Shown: positions 13,535-26,993 of the stretch, piece after piece
How the letters are laid out: every line of letters begins with the position of its first letter
How positions within the stretch are numbered: the stretch's first letter is position 1
Source of the DNA: Paraspadella gotoi
Taxonomy: Eukaryota > Animalia > Chaetognatha
Direction: 5' to 3'
DNA length: 64,000 nucleotides
Assembly (NCBI GenBank): GCA_051294375.1
Contig: CM119270.1
Coordinates: 1,772,091 to 1,836,090 of the forward strand
Translations under genes and position numbers: made by a program
The notes under the pieces: model-generated
Database searches by the model: none
What the model saw: the letters and a program-made list of their open reading frames with translations, nothing else
Told to the model about the DNA's origin: nothing

Positions 13535-13715
13535 ATCAAAAAGTGAGAACTACAATCTTAAAAATACTTTAACGCACACATACTGACCACCTCTCACACA
13601 ACACACACAGCAGTCCCACTCACGTAACATTCACACACATCGATATCTACTCTCACACAGCCACGCTCGCACCCAAGGCTTCTATCCTTCTCTCTCTCTC
13701 CCCTCCTCCCCCAAG

Positions 13716-13867
13716 TCTTTTCCGCGGCGGCAGCGACGACCGCAGAGTTCGCAACGACTGTTCGTCGCCCGCGGCAGCTGCGGCAGCTGCGGCGGCGTCA
13801 GCGACCGCGATTCGCTGCCGCAGCTGGTGAGACGAATCCAGCGGCTGAGGATTTTATTTTAGTTCAG
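13716..13867 (+). other. Candidate GC-rich exon of unknown gene (duplicate at ~6467-6618)
   Basis: Pyrimidine tract and AAG acceptor, CAG|GTGAAT donor, and one frame open throughout (FSAAAATTAEFATTVRRPRQLRQLRRRQRPRFAAAAGETNPAAEDFILVQ). No homology recognised. Confidence 0.25.
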
Positions 13868-14671
13868 GTGAATTTTCTTTTTCTCTTCTCTTTTTTTTTA
13901 TTTAATTTTTTTTATTTATTTCTTTTTTCTTTCCTCCCTCTTTCCTTTCCTCTCTTTCCTTTCCTCCCTTCTTTTTTCCTCCCCCTTTCCTTTCTTCCCT
14001 CTTTCCTTTTCTCTCTTTTTTCTTTCTTTCTTTCTTTCCTTTCCTCCCTCTTTCCTTTTCTCTATTCTTTCATTTCATCCCCCTTTCCTTTCCTCCCTTC
14101 TTTCTTTTTCTCCCTTCTTTCCTTTCCTCCCTCTTTCCTTTATTTCTTCTTTCATTTCATCCCCCTTTCCTTTCCTCCCTCTTTCCTTTTCTTTCTTCTT
14201 TCATTTCATCCCCCTTTCCTTTCCTCCCTTCTTTCCTTTTCTACCTTCTTTCCTTTCCTCCCTATTTCCTTTATTTCTTCTTTCATTTCATCCCCATTTC
14301 CTTTCCTCCCTTCTTTCCTTTCCTACCTTCTTTCCTTTCCTCCCTTCTTTCCTTTCCTCCCTCTATCCATTCCTTCTTATGACTTCAGATTTCGTTTCAC
14401 ATTTCGCGGGAAAAATAAAATAAAATATTTTTTACGAAAAAAAAAAAATTTTATTTTTTCGTCAGAGATTTTTTTCTCTCGCGGTTTTTATATTATTTTT
14501 GTTTTTCATATTTATTTTTGTTTATTTGTTTCTTTGTTTTTTGAAATGGTCAAAAAATTTAGTTTTTTAAATGTTATTGTGAAAAAAATCTCTCTGTGCA
14601 GTCAACAGTTGTGTGAATGAGTCCCTGTATTATTTCGAGGCCGAGAGTCAAGTCTCCAAGTTTTTTTCTTA

Positions 14672-14900
14672 CCGTCACCGTTAGCGTTACTGTTACTGTT
14701 ACTGTTACTGTTACTGTTACTGTTACTGTTACCGTTAACAAATTCACTGATAGGAAAGCCAAGCACTGAGAATTACTAAACTACTGTGAGAGAATATTGA
14801 CTGATTGCAAGCAGGGTCCTGTTATGTAATTATCTTATAAGAGGGACGGAGTCCTTAAACCACAACCGCCCGTCCCAAGTCAGGAGCGAGACAGCTTATT
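14672..14900 (-). mobile_element. Dispersed SINE/LINE-3'-like repeat with (AGTAAC)n tail
   Basis: Core AAGCTGTCT...AAGATAATTACATAACAGGACCCTGC. Diverged relatives at ~7415-7610, ~31140-31213, ~42923-43017 and ~45614-45730. Short tandem-repeat tail at the 3' end on the minus strand. Confidence 0.45.
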
Positions 14901-16306
14901 TATTCAATGAATGTATAATGGTTTTTTTGTTGTTTTTTTTTCATAGATAACGAAGCTGGCACGAATATCCAACAAAAGAATTCAACAAACAGTTATTCTA
15001 ACCATTTTATTGTATCTATTTAACGAGATTTAATCGATTATCGAGGATAACGAGGTCTTTAGTTTCGTTATAAGCGGGATATTCGAATTTGTTTTCGTAT
15101 TCGTTTGTTAAATTTCGTTTAGTTTAATGTTTTCTTTATTTTGTTTTTATTTTTTACTTAATGGAAAGGAGAGGGAGAGAATGGAGATTGATGGAATAGA
15201 CGATGAAGCCATTAGAGGCGGAGTCTCTCTCTATCTCTCTCTCTCTCNNNNNNNNNNNNNNNNNNNNNNNNNNNNNNNNNNNNNNNNNNNNNNNNNNNNN
15301 NNNNNNNNNNNNNNNNNNNNNNNNNNNNNNNNNNNNNNNNNNNNNNNNNNNNNNNNNNNNNNNNNNNNNNNNNNNNNNNNNNNNNNNNNNNNNNNNNNNN
15401 NNNNNNNNNNNNNNNNNNNNNNNNNNNNNNNNNNNNNNNNNNNNNNNNNNNNNNNNNNNNNNNNNNNNNNNNNNNNNNNNNNNNNNNNNNNNNNNNNNNN
15501 NNNNNNNNNNNNNGATATTCGATTTTAATTAGGTTGAAAAATCGGTAGGGGGCGCCCGAACTAACGAGTCAAACATCAGACGAACGATGAAATTTTAATG
15601 AAGAAAAAACAAAGGCACTTTTTAAATTTTATTATTTCAAAATAATTAAAATAAAAAATAACAATTAAACGAACGTAGAACCATGTCTTATGAAAGAAAG
15701 AGTTTCAATCTTTAATCTATATTCCAGTTTCAAGAAATTGACAAAAGGTTCTCGGTTACATCCAAACGAAGCCAGTATAAGCCAGGCTAACTCAGTTTTA
15801 AGTTAGGCCCAGTCTAGAACTGAGTCAGTATAAAATTAAACGATATAATTATACAAGTTTATACAAATCTAGATACTATATTTATACAAGTCCAAGGCAG
15901 TTGACGCTTCGCGAAGAATAAGTCCGTCTAAAATTAAGACTGTCTCAATGATCTTTCAACACCCGCCAAGAGACTTTCTAAAGTCAGTCAAAGTTAGTCA
16001 AAGTCAAGCCAGTGCAAGTCAGTTTTCTAAGTTAACCCCTTACCTGCTTTTGACTGTATACTCCCCCCTAATTATTAAAAAAAAACGTTTTAGATATTTT
16101 CATTCATGTTTAGATTTTAACAGATTAATGTCTTTAGAATTTTCTTTTGATATCGCTTATTAAATCGTCAACTTAATTGTCCACAAACCTGAATATTTTA
16201 TTCATTCTCTTTCCCGATATTTAACCCTTAAAACATCAACTAACCTTCGCCATTCCATCCTCACACCGTACTCACCCTTCCCCTCACTCGCAACACTTTC
16301 ACTTAC

Positions 16307-16392
16307 CCCTCCGATTCTCGACATCCCAGGTTCAACTTCCTTCGCCACAAATTTTGTCCACAGACTCATTTTTCTCGACTTTTTATCCTTCG
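16307..16392 (-). CDS. Candidate internal exon of an unidentified gene (duplicate at 9175-9259)
   Basis: CAG acceptor and perfect GTAAGT donor; open frame KDKKSRKMSLWTKFVAKEVEPGMSRIGG. Confidence 0.3.
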
Positions 16393-16424
16393 CTGTTGGG
16401 GTCGCGATGATAATATTATGCATA

Positions 16425-16490
<66 letters not shown>

Positions 16491-19400
16491 CTCTCTAGCG
16501 CTACATTCGGCACCTTAAGGGCCAAAGTGTTGCGTCCTTGACAGCGATGGAGAGATGACGTCTCGTTAGAAAGGAGGCAAGAAATCTCGATCAAGAAAGA
16601 AAGGAGAAAGGGAGGAAAGGAAAGAAATAAAAAGGAAAGAAAACTTGATTAAGAAAGAAAGGAANNNNNNNNNNNNNNNNNNNNNNNNNNNNNNNNNNNN
16701 NNNNNNNNNNNNNNNNNNNNNNNNNNNNNNNNNNNNNNNNNNNNNNNNNNNNNNNNNNNNNNNNNNNNNNNNNNNNNNNNNNNNNNNNNNNNNNNNNNNN
16801 NNNNNNNNNNNNNNNNNNNNNNNNNNNNNNNNNNNNNNNNNNNNNNNNNNNNNNNNNNNNNNNNNNNNNNNNNNNNNNNNNNNNNNNNNNNNNNNNNNNN
16901 NNNNNNNNNNNNNNNNNNNNNNNNNNNNNNNNNNTGATTAAGAAAGAAAGGAAGAAAGGGAGGAAAGGAAAGAAATAAAAAGGAAAGAAATTTCAATTAA
17001 GAAAGAAAGGAGGAAAGGGAGAAAAGGAAAGAAGCATAAAAAAGAATATTTAAAAAAGAATAACTTGAATAAAAAAGAGTAGAGTCCAGTCAGAAAAAAA
17101 AGCCAAAAAAAGTAAAAGAAAAAAGATTATAAAACTATTAAAAATCAAAAAAAGCAAATAAAAAGGGAAAGAAAAAAACATTAAAAACCTTTTGAAAAGA
17201 AGTTTTTTATTGAAGAAATCGTTAGGGAAGAAAATTTATTCGGTTTTTAGGGTTAAACGCAAAAAGTTTTCTTTTAAATTTGCTTTTGAACAATTTTTTT
17301 TANNNNNNNNNNNNNNNNNNNNNNNNNNNNNNNNNNNNNNNNNNNNNNNNNNNNNNNNNNNNNNNNNNNNNNNNNNNNNNNNNNNNNNNNNNNNNNNNNN
17401 NNNNNNNNNNNNNNNNNNNNNNNNNNNNNNNNNNNNNNNNNNNNNNNNNNNNNNNNNNNNNNNNNNNNNNNNNNNNNNNNNNNNNNNNNNNNNAAGAAAA
17501 AAAAAATCCTAAAATAACGAATTTATTTTTTTAAGTAAAGGTGTTTTGCCTTTCGTTGTTCTCAATAAAAACGATTACTCGTAATTATAGAATTTGATGC
17601 CTTTTTTTTTCAGACTACAGGGTGATCAATTTAAATCATTGAAACTCTAACAATATTAATCCAAATGCGCCCGAAGACGAGAGAAAAATTAATTCAGACA
17701 ATTTTTTTTTCTTTCTTTCTGATAATCGTCGTTTAAATTTGATTTTTTTTAATTCCCTAAAAATCCAAAATGGTTTTGTTCGCCAGAGAAAAGGAGAGAA
17801 TATTAATTAAAAATCGCAGAAGGGATGTTGTCCTGTTTTCGTATGGAAAACCAGATTGCTATTCATTGCAATCGATGGCAACGACAACGCATTGCATCTC
17901 ATTGGTGTTTAAGGGTTTTGAAGCACTTGGTATTTTTTTCGAAAGGTCAATTATTGAAATTACGAAATTAAGATTCAAACTATTTTAACTATTTAAGAGT
18001 TGTACGGCACATTGCGGAAATAACGAAACAACAAATATTTACCAACTTAATACAAACACGAACGAACACGAAAAAACAAAAAGAACGCACCAAAAAAAAG
18101 GAACAGAAAGGAACAGAAACGAACAGAAAGGAACAGAAACGAACAGAAACGAACGGAGTAAAAAAATGAAGGAATAGGAAGGAAACTACGTCGTAGCGAA
18201 TCCATCTTTTCGCTGAAAAGAGAAAAAAGAGAAAAAATCCGACAAAAATGGTCGCTGGGTCGTTTGGTCGTTTGGTCGTTGTTGTTGTCGTCGTCGTCGT
18301 CATCGTCGTCGAAGCCACCGTTTAGATCCTCGTTAACATCGTCGTTGTCATTGTTCCTCTCGTCCATTTCAGATTCGTAGTTGTCGTTATTATCGTTGTC
18401 GTCGTTATATTCATAATTTTCACTGCCTTCGTCGTCATTGTCGGTTTCATCGTTGTGAACCTTGTCGACAATTCCGTTGTCATTTTCTCTGTCGTCGTCA
18501 TTGTCGTCCTCGTCGTATTTATCGTTGTCGTTGTTGTCATCATCATTAGTGACCTCGTCATCAATGTCATCGTCGTCGTCGTCGTCGTCGTCCACGGTTC
18601 CATCGTCTGCTAGTCTCGATGGAATTCCGGCAAAAACGAGAGGAGGAGAAATGGCAGAATCTCTGAGCGCAAATCCGAGGGATTTCTCGTTCGGCGCCTT
18701 ATCGGCCGTTTCCGGTGGTTGGTGCCGGATTAGAATCGCCCAATGGAATCGGCAGATGGAAAACGGCGGATGGAAGATGGAATTGTGAGATGGAATTGTG
18801 AGATGGAATGAAGATTTCAGATTCCACAACTCCGTTGAAACTCGCTCCAGTTTTATTGGACTCACGATTCGTCGTTCCTGCCACTTATTGATGCGAATTG
18901 CAGAAAGTGGAGAGAGAGAGAGAGAGAGAGAGAGAGATATCTCGGTCTACTGGCCAGTCTCAGTCTTAGAAACTATCTGTGTCAACTGGTCCTTTCGTCA
19001 CAAGATGTAATTCTTCGTTGGATCGAGGGAGAGACGTTTCTTTCACATAATTCGCGTGATACGTGAGGCGACGACCACAGAGAGAAAAAGCGTGAATTGG
19101 TTGTGGTTAAAGTGATCATCACCGAAGGACGTTTAAGTCGTGAGGGAATGGGGAGTGAAGGGAGGGGGTGAGGGGGCGAAGGGGGAAAAGAAAGGGATGG
19201 CATCTGGATCCAAAGCTAAATGATATACGGATGGAAATCTTTTCTGTAGAAGAAGGAGGGAGAGAAGAGACAAAGCCGGTTCCATTTGCAAGGTTAAAAA
19301 GGATTGAAAGAAATAGCGGGAAAAAAAAGAAAAAAAAAGCTCTGAAAAAAAAAGGAAAAAAACAACTGAAGAATGAACAGATTTGCCCCTTTAATATTAA

Positions 19401-19509
19401 AAAAATATTAAAACTAAAATGACTACATAAAAATGAAAGAAACGGAGTATGAAAAGAAATAAGGAGAGAAGATAATCAACGACAGAGAGAGAAAGACGAG
19501 AGAGAGATA

Positions 19510-19590
<81 letters not shown>

Positions 19591-20289
19591 TAAATCGGGT
19601 ACAAAGTAACAACAATGATTTTTTTACCTTATTTCTATCAATCACGAATATATTAATTTAAAATAAATGACCTCAAATTAAATTCAGATAACTTAAATCT
19701 CAGAAATTGTTCTTTTTTCTTTCGTTGAGGGAACCTGTTTGACCGTAACGACGACGACAACGACGAAAACGACGACAATGACGACGACGACGACGACGAC
19801 GAAGACCCCAAATCGCTGACTATTTTTGTCAAAGTGTCCATTTGTTGATCAAAATGGATTCTTTGCTTCCACCGTCTTTTTCGGCTTTTATTCGACCATT
19901 CCTCCTCTTCCTCTTCCTCTTCCTCTTCCTCCTCTTCCTCCTCCCCCCAATATCCACTTCTTCACATTACACCGTCAAAATATGGGCCAACCGCCTTTTA
20001 TTTATTCTTCTTTTATTTCCCGCTCATTTCTTTCGGGTTCGCTCTAGATAATATAAGTGTTGATATAAAAAAAATGTTTATTTTGTTTATAGTGGTACAC
20101 TTTCACACTGAATATTTTCATTTTAACATTCAAGCACAATATTTTTCAACTCTCTCAAAACGAATATAATATTTAATAATTAATAACATTAAAAAAATAC
20201 ATTAATTACATTAAAAACAATAGGTACATTAATTACAATAATTACATGCAAACACATTTAATATTTTTTAACATTCCTAAAACGACGAC

Positions 20290-20321
<32 letters not shown>

Positions 20322-20424
20322 CGACGACAACGACGACGACGACGACGACGACCAACATCTCGTGGCCAAAGAATTTACGGCCAATATCCGGTTTTTTCTC
20401 GGAAGAGAAACGCGGATAGACTCT

Positions 20425-20455
<31 letters not shown>

Positions 20456-21616
20456 TGGTTGCATATTCAAGCTGAGAAATATCTGATAAGCGTCCCACAA
20501 AACAATCCAGACAGAATAATATGGGGACATATTAGGAAGACTGACGGATAGACGGACTAAACGGACAAGAGGAGACAGACAAACCGATAAACGGACGATA
20601 ACGAAAAGAAATTCTTACAANNNNNNNNNNNNNNNNNNNNNNNNNNNNNNNNNNNNNNNNNNNNNNNNNNNNNNNNNNNNNNNNNNNNNNNNNNNNNNNN
20701 NNNNNNNNNNNNNNNNNNNNNNNNNNNNNNNNNNNNNNNNNNNNNNNNNNNNNNNNNNNNNNNNNNNNNNNNNNNNNNNNNNNNNNNNNNNNNNNNNNNN
20801 NNNNNNNNNNNNNNNNNNNNNNNNNNNNNNNNNNNNNNNNNNNNNNNNNNNNNNNNNNNNNNNTTTTGTCTGTTTAGTCATCAAAGGCAGAAAGCGAACT
20901 AGTAGCGCCGACGGGCGGGCGGCGAACGAACTAAAAATGGTCAATAAATTGTAACAAAAGAACAAAATGTATTATGAAAATNNNNNNNNNNNNNNNNNNN
21001 NNNNNNNNNNNNNNNNNNNNNNNNNNNNNNNNNNNNNNNNNNNNNNNNNNNNNNNNNNNNNNNNNNNNNNNNNNNNNNNNNNNNNNNNNNNNNNNNNNNN
21101 NNNNNNNNNNNNNNNNNNNNNNNNNNNNNNNNNNNNNNNNNNNNNNNNNNNNNNNNNNNNNNNNNNNNNNNNNNNNNNNNNNNNNNNNNNNNNNNNNNNN
21201 NNNNNNNNNNNNNNNNNNNNNNNNNNNNNNNNNNNNNNNNNNNNNNNNNNNNNNNNNNNNNNNNNNNNNNNNNNNNNNNNNNNNNNNNNNNNNNNNNNNN
21301 NNNNNNNNNNNNNNNNNNNNNNNNNNNNNNNNNNNNNNNNNNNNNNNNNNNNNNNNNNNNNNNNNNNNNNNNNNNNNNNNNNNNNNNNNNNNNNNNNNNN
21401 NNNNNNNNNNNNNNNNNNNNNNNNNNNNNNNNNNNNNNNNNNNNNNNNNNNNNNNNNNNNNNNNNNNNNNNNNNNNNNNNNNNNNNNNNNNNNNNNNNNN
21501 NNNNNNNNNNNNNNNNGATGATGATGATGATGATGATGATGAGAATGATAAAGAAAATATTTACAATTCTCATCCTGAAGTTAAGGATGATGATGTCGTC
21601 GATGAAAAAGTCAAAT

Positions 21617-21810
21617 GACAATGATGAAGACAACTTTAGGGATGACAACGACGATGATGCCAACGACGACAATGATGAAGACAACATTAGGGATGACAAC
21701 GACGATGATGCCAACGACGACAACGATGAAGACAACATTTGGGATGACAACAACGATGATGCCAACGACGACAATGATGAAGACAACATTTGGGATGACA
21801 ACGAAGACCA
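21617..21810. repeat. 51-bp minisatellite (~4 copies)
   Basis: Unit GACAATGATGAAGACAACATTAGGGATGACAACGACGATGATGCCAACGAC. Confidence 0.8.
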
Positions 21811-22311
21811 TTGCAACGAAATGGATCGAATTCGAGTCATGACCTCGACGATTGAGTCTCTTCCATTTTCTGGGTCAAAATCAGACTCACTTCCGCTTGA
21901 AGAATCCCTTCGTCCGTCGTTCGGACAGACGTACGGACAAAGGATTGAATAAACAATGAGGTAATGTTTACTTTTTTTTTCATAAATATGGATAACATTG
22001 AATATTGAGGTCATTATAAACAATGATATCTGTGTGATAATTTATCTTTCTCTATTTCTCGCTCTCCCTCTCTCTATCTCTCTCTCTCTCTTCTACAATG
22101 ACCGATAAGAGTCGGACCAACCCAGAGTCACGCAGAATGCAATTGAGATTAATGACGGTGAACATGGTGATTATGAAAAGTGTGATTCATGATTTTAAAC
22201 ATTGTGATTCGAACAACAACAACAGAAATAATCATCATAAAAATACTCACAGATTATATTAATTTTGTTAGTTCAATATACTTTTAAGCACTAAGCTTTT
22301 TGCATACATGA

Positions 22312-22434
22312 TAGGTACCACTGGAGATCGATCCCGGTACCTAATGGTCATGAACTGACGGTTTTACTCAAAGAGCCACCGGGTAACGAATGAAAGAGTC
22401 AGGGCGCGGTGAACTAACACAATGTCCGACTACA
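22312..22434 (-). mobile_element. Truncated, diverged member of LTR family A (tRNA-like half)
   Basis: Shares the ...CCGACTACA terminus, GAGCCACCGG and the GGTACC hairpin. A noisier second copy lies at ~22735-22845. Confidence 0.65.
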
Positions 22435-23058
22435 TAATGATAAAGATAATGATGATGATGATGATGATGATGATGATGNNNNNNNNNNTGATGATGATGA
22501 TGATGAAGTTAATGACGATGACGATGATGCTTACAATAAAAGGAGGCTTAGCACCAAGCAGGAGACAATTAATCACAAAGATCGTTGACTTCACTCGTTG
22601 ACTGATTTGAGTTGGAAAGAGAGAGATTGATCGAACAAAACAACAAACAAGAAATAATCACATAAAAATATCACACATTATTTAATTAATTTGTTAGTAT
22701 CAATTAACTTTTTAAGCACTAGTTTTGCATATGATAGGTACCACTGGAATCGATTCCGGATACCTAATGGTTGGAATGACGTTTACTCAAAAGAGCACGG
22801 GTAACGAATGAAAAGTCATGGGCGCGGTGAAATACAACAATGTAAAGATATGATGAATATGATGGATGAATGGATAGTATTATGAGATAGAGAACTTAAT
22901 GAGCGATGGAACGATGATGCTTCAATAAAAGGAGGCTTAGCACGAATCAGGAAGACAATGTAATGCACAAAGATCGTTGACTTCACTCGTTGACTGATTT
23001 GAGTTGGAAAGGAGGTGAGAGGAGAGAGAGCGAGAGGAGAGCGAGAGAGAGAGAGAGA

Positions 23059-23106
<48 letters not shown>

Positions 23107-23339
23107 AAGAGGAGAGAAGAGAGGGCAAAGATAGGGAAAAGTAGAAAGAGGGAGAGAGTACCAGAGGAGATAGAAAAAGAAAGAAAGAGTGTTAGTAGCA
23201 GGAGGGATAGAGATGCAAAAGTGTCTGGTAAGAGTGAGGGAGAGTGAAGTTGAAAGGGAAAGTGAAATAAAATCTAAGAGAAATGAGAGAAGGAAAGAGA
23301 AAAGAGAGAGAGAGGAGAGAAGAGAGAGAGAGTAGAGAG

Positions 23340-23372
<33 letters not shown>

Positions 23373-24904
23373 CAATTAGCAAAACTGTCATGAAGACCCG
23401 TGATAGAGTCAGTCGTGAGGACTGAAAGGAAAATGACGATAAATGGACGACTACGAGACTNNNNNNNNNNNNNNNNNNNNNNNNNNNNNNNNNNNNNNNN
23501 NNNNNNNNNNNNNNNNNNNNNNNNNNNNNNNNNNNNNNNNNNNNNNNNNNNNNNNNNNNNNNNNNNNNNNNNNNNNNNNNNNNNNNNNNNNNNNNNNNNN
23601 NNNNNNNNNNNNNNNNNNNNNNNNNNNNNNNNNNNNNNNNNNNNNNNNNNNNNNNNNNNNNNNNNNNNNNNNNNNNNNNNNNNNNNNNNNNNNNNNNNNN
23701 NNNNNNNNNNNNNNNNNNNNNNNNNNNNNNNNNNNNNNNNNNNNNNNNNNNNNNNNNNNNNNNNNNACGACGACGACGATGACGACGATGTTTAGTAAGA
23801 CGACAAGAAAGAAGAAACAAGATGTCAGAACGAAGATGAGGACGCAGACAAATGACAATGAGATTAACGACAGAAATGGAGGCAAATATGCAACTCGGAA
23901 ACGAGAAAGTACCAGTGATGACAACGACGACGACGATGACAATGACAATAACAACGACGACGACGACGACACCATAAAAAATAACGCTGATGACGACGAC
24001 GACCGTGTTGTCGATAAAGTCAACAACAACAACGACAATAATCACAACAACAACAACAACGACAACAACAACAACTTCGCTGCATCGAATCCATTTCGCA
24101 CTAAAAAGCAAAAATCAAACATCAACAACAATCAATCAATCAAACATCAATCAAACAGTTGTCGATCAAACATCAACGTGGTTGGAAAATTCAAGAGTTG
24201 TCTCACTTTACCAAAAGTCGAAACAAAAACACTTTTCAAAACAATTTGCATCAATAGTCTACGTATATATTTTACATTTTATCATACGATCGAAAGTCGA
24301 TTACAAAAAAGACGAGAATCGAAATTTAGACGAAAACGACGACCAAAACGACGACCAAAACGACGAACATAATTGCGACGAAAAGATAAAAACGAAAACC
24401 AAAAAATATTGTCACTAATTTCTCTTTTCTAAAAAGTATAATAGCACTTTTTAGAACCAAAAAGAGGTGCAAGGCCTTTAGCATTGCCAAATACAAATTC
24501 GAAATAAAACCAAATAATTCAATACCAAAAATGGAGGAAAACTAAATATGATTTTTTTTCCGACATTTTTCATTTGATGTAACAATATTTTTTTAGCCTG
24601 TAACTTCTAAACGATTTCACCTACAAAAAAATGGAAGGAAGNNNNNNNNNNTAGAGAAAGACAAAAAAGGAAAAGTGAAAATGACAGAAAAGAAAAGAGA
24701 CGAAGACAGAAAAGCAAAAAAAAAAGAAAAAAGAAATTGAGGGAAGCGCGAGAGGAAGGAAGAGCCAAACTAATAGTTGGGGTCCATTCAGTCATTTGAA
24801 GAAGAATATTGGTTCTGAGAAAAGTGAGGATAATTCCATCTTCACCTCAAATCGACTCAACCCTTTTCACCCTCGTTGCAATGGCCCTTGCCCCATTACA
24901 CCAT

Positions 24905-25124
24905 CTCTATAAGTCACTTTTCGGTCGGTCGGTCCGTCGGTCGTTATGTCTCTCCGTCGGTCTGTCCCACTTACGTTAAAAACGCTTATAACTTGCCTTT
25001 AGTTTGTTGCTCATTTGTTAAAAATAAAATCTAAGCAACTACTGGCGCCGCTTTGTTTTTAAAGAAAAGATAAGTAAAAAAAAAAGTAATACGGCGCAAC
25101 ACCTTGGAAAAACCGTTCCTTGTT
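24905..25124 (+). mobile_element. HINE/DINE-1-like (Helentron-associated) element, 5'-truncated
   Basis: AAGTCACTTTTCGGTCGGTC, core GTCTGTCCCACTTACGTTAAAA, 3' CGGCGCAAC...CCGTTCCTTGTT. Confidence 0.6.
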
Positions 25125-25369
25125 TTAGTCACATTAAAATATTCAATTTTTCAAAGAATCTTGACGTTACGACGCCTTGAACGCCCGACCACGTAGGCAT
25201 GGAGTCTAAGGACACTCCAGAGACGACGACGACAAACGCAAGAACGACAACAACAACGACGACGAGGACGACGACGACGACAACAACGACGAGGACGGAA
25301 ACGATGGCGTCGCAGAAACGACCTCGTTGCAAGAAAATATATGCGATTCCATTTCCAGTTCGGAGAGAA

Positions 25370-25568
25370 GATGGCGTCCATGCCATCTCAACGATTGCGT
25401 CGATGCCATCTCAAAATTGCGTGGAAGGCATTTCACGATGGTGTCTATGTTATCTCACTCAAAAATGAAAAAAAAATGGTAAAATGGCATCGATGCCATC
25501 TCACGATGGCGTTCATGCCATCTCAACGTAGGCGTCGATGCCATTTTACCATTTTTTTCCATTTTCGA
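25370..25568. repeat. ~21-bp palindromic minisatellite plus inverted repeat
   Basis: GATGGCGTCCATGCCATCTCA-type units. Arms AAAATG...GGCATCGATGCC and GGCGTCGATGCCATTTT...CATTTT span ~25461-25566. Confidence 0.6.
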
Positions 25569-26007
25569 GGCGCAACCAAGTATTTTTTCGGGGTGGGGGG
25601 GGGGGGCGGTAGGGAGTGAACAAGGAACAAGTTTTTTTTTCTTCTTTTTCTTGAGAAGATAAAATGAGATTCGAATTTTTTTCTTCTTTTTTTTTCGGTC
25701 AGAAATTCTGTTGAAATTTTCTTTTTTTCGGTTAAAAATTCCCGAAAATCTCAGACGCTGGACTTTGAAACAAAATCACTGAGGGCACCTCGCGATCTCT
25801 TAATAATTAAAATCTTTACTTGAATGATCGATTCTTAAATTGAATTTTTTTAATACAAAGTTTTAAATAGTTTAGGTTCGTTTTCATTCATCTATATTTA
25901 TTTTGTTTTTAAAAAAATAAAATAGGAATTAACTCAATGAAATTCACAGTTTGCAGGATTTCTAAACGAACGTGTGGTTTTGAGGCTTTAAGCAGCTTTG
26001 TCCCTAC

Positions 26008-26073
<66 letters not shown>

Positions 26074-26454
26074 GCATTTCGAGTTCCACGATTCTTTCGC
26101 ATAAATTTCAGTCAACTGAGATGAAAAAAAGAGTTTCGTTAATAAACTCGACGGCCGCTAGGGAAAAAAATATCGCAAACTCGTGTTGCTATTTTGTCTA
26201 AAGAGCAGTTTACAGCTTGTAAAACGATTTGGTAAAATAAGCAGTGCAACGAAATCTGCAGTAGTGTGGGACTCCAAGTACTTCTGTACCAAAATTAATC
26301 GCGCAATGTCTCCGGGAAATATTAATATTGATATTAACGTAATCGCATTATCAGCAATTAAGTTGGTAAAATAATATTACCAAATAATGGTAAAGGGAGG
26401 TCTGAAAAACTGCGCTCTTGAAGAAAAAACTTAAAGAATAAAACTAAAGAAAAA

Positions 26455-26538
<84 letters not shown>

Positions 26539-26923
26539 GAGAAAGAAAGAAAGAAAGAAAGAAAAAAATAAAGAAAGTAAGAAAGAAAGAAAGAAAAAAA
26601 GAATGAAAGAAAAAGAAAGAAAGAAAGAAAAAGAGAAAAAAAGTAATAGAAAAAAAATTTGAGCTCATCTTTATATGCAATATTCAAGAAATGGAAATTG
26701 TTATCTGGGAAAACTTGTAAAAGTAATGTTCCAAAGTGTTTTTTATTCATTGTTTTTTTATTTATCCTATGTATTTTATTCATATTATAAATTAGAGAAC
26801 TTTTTTTTGAGCTTTTATCTGAAATTATTCGACTTTAAAAAGTTGAAATTATTTTTTTTTTGTCAAATATAGAAAATTTAAGGAAAGAGGAGTATTAATA
26901 AAAATACGAAAGAGAGAGAGAAC

Positions 26924-26993
<70 letters not shown>

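Larger units (their letters stand above)
5663..20089. repeat. ~7.2-kb tandem duplication 5663-12879 / 12911-20089 joined at a 25-N gap
   Basis: Colinear, near-identical copies differing mostly by 1-bp indels and microsatellite length. The junction is the 25-N gap at 12886-12910. Confidence 0.9.

Noticed and set aside
18047-18865. 272-aa Asp/Asn-rich ORF
   Set aside because: It is driven by (GAC/AAC)n repeats, is frameshifted in the duplicate copy, and has no recognisable domain. It cannot be excluded as an exon but is unsupported.
21518-21952. Acidic 17-aa repeat protein
   Set aside because: Explained by a 51-bp minisatellite next to a gap, with no clear splice signals.
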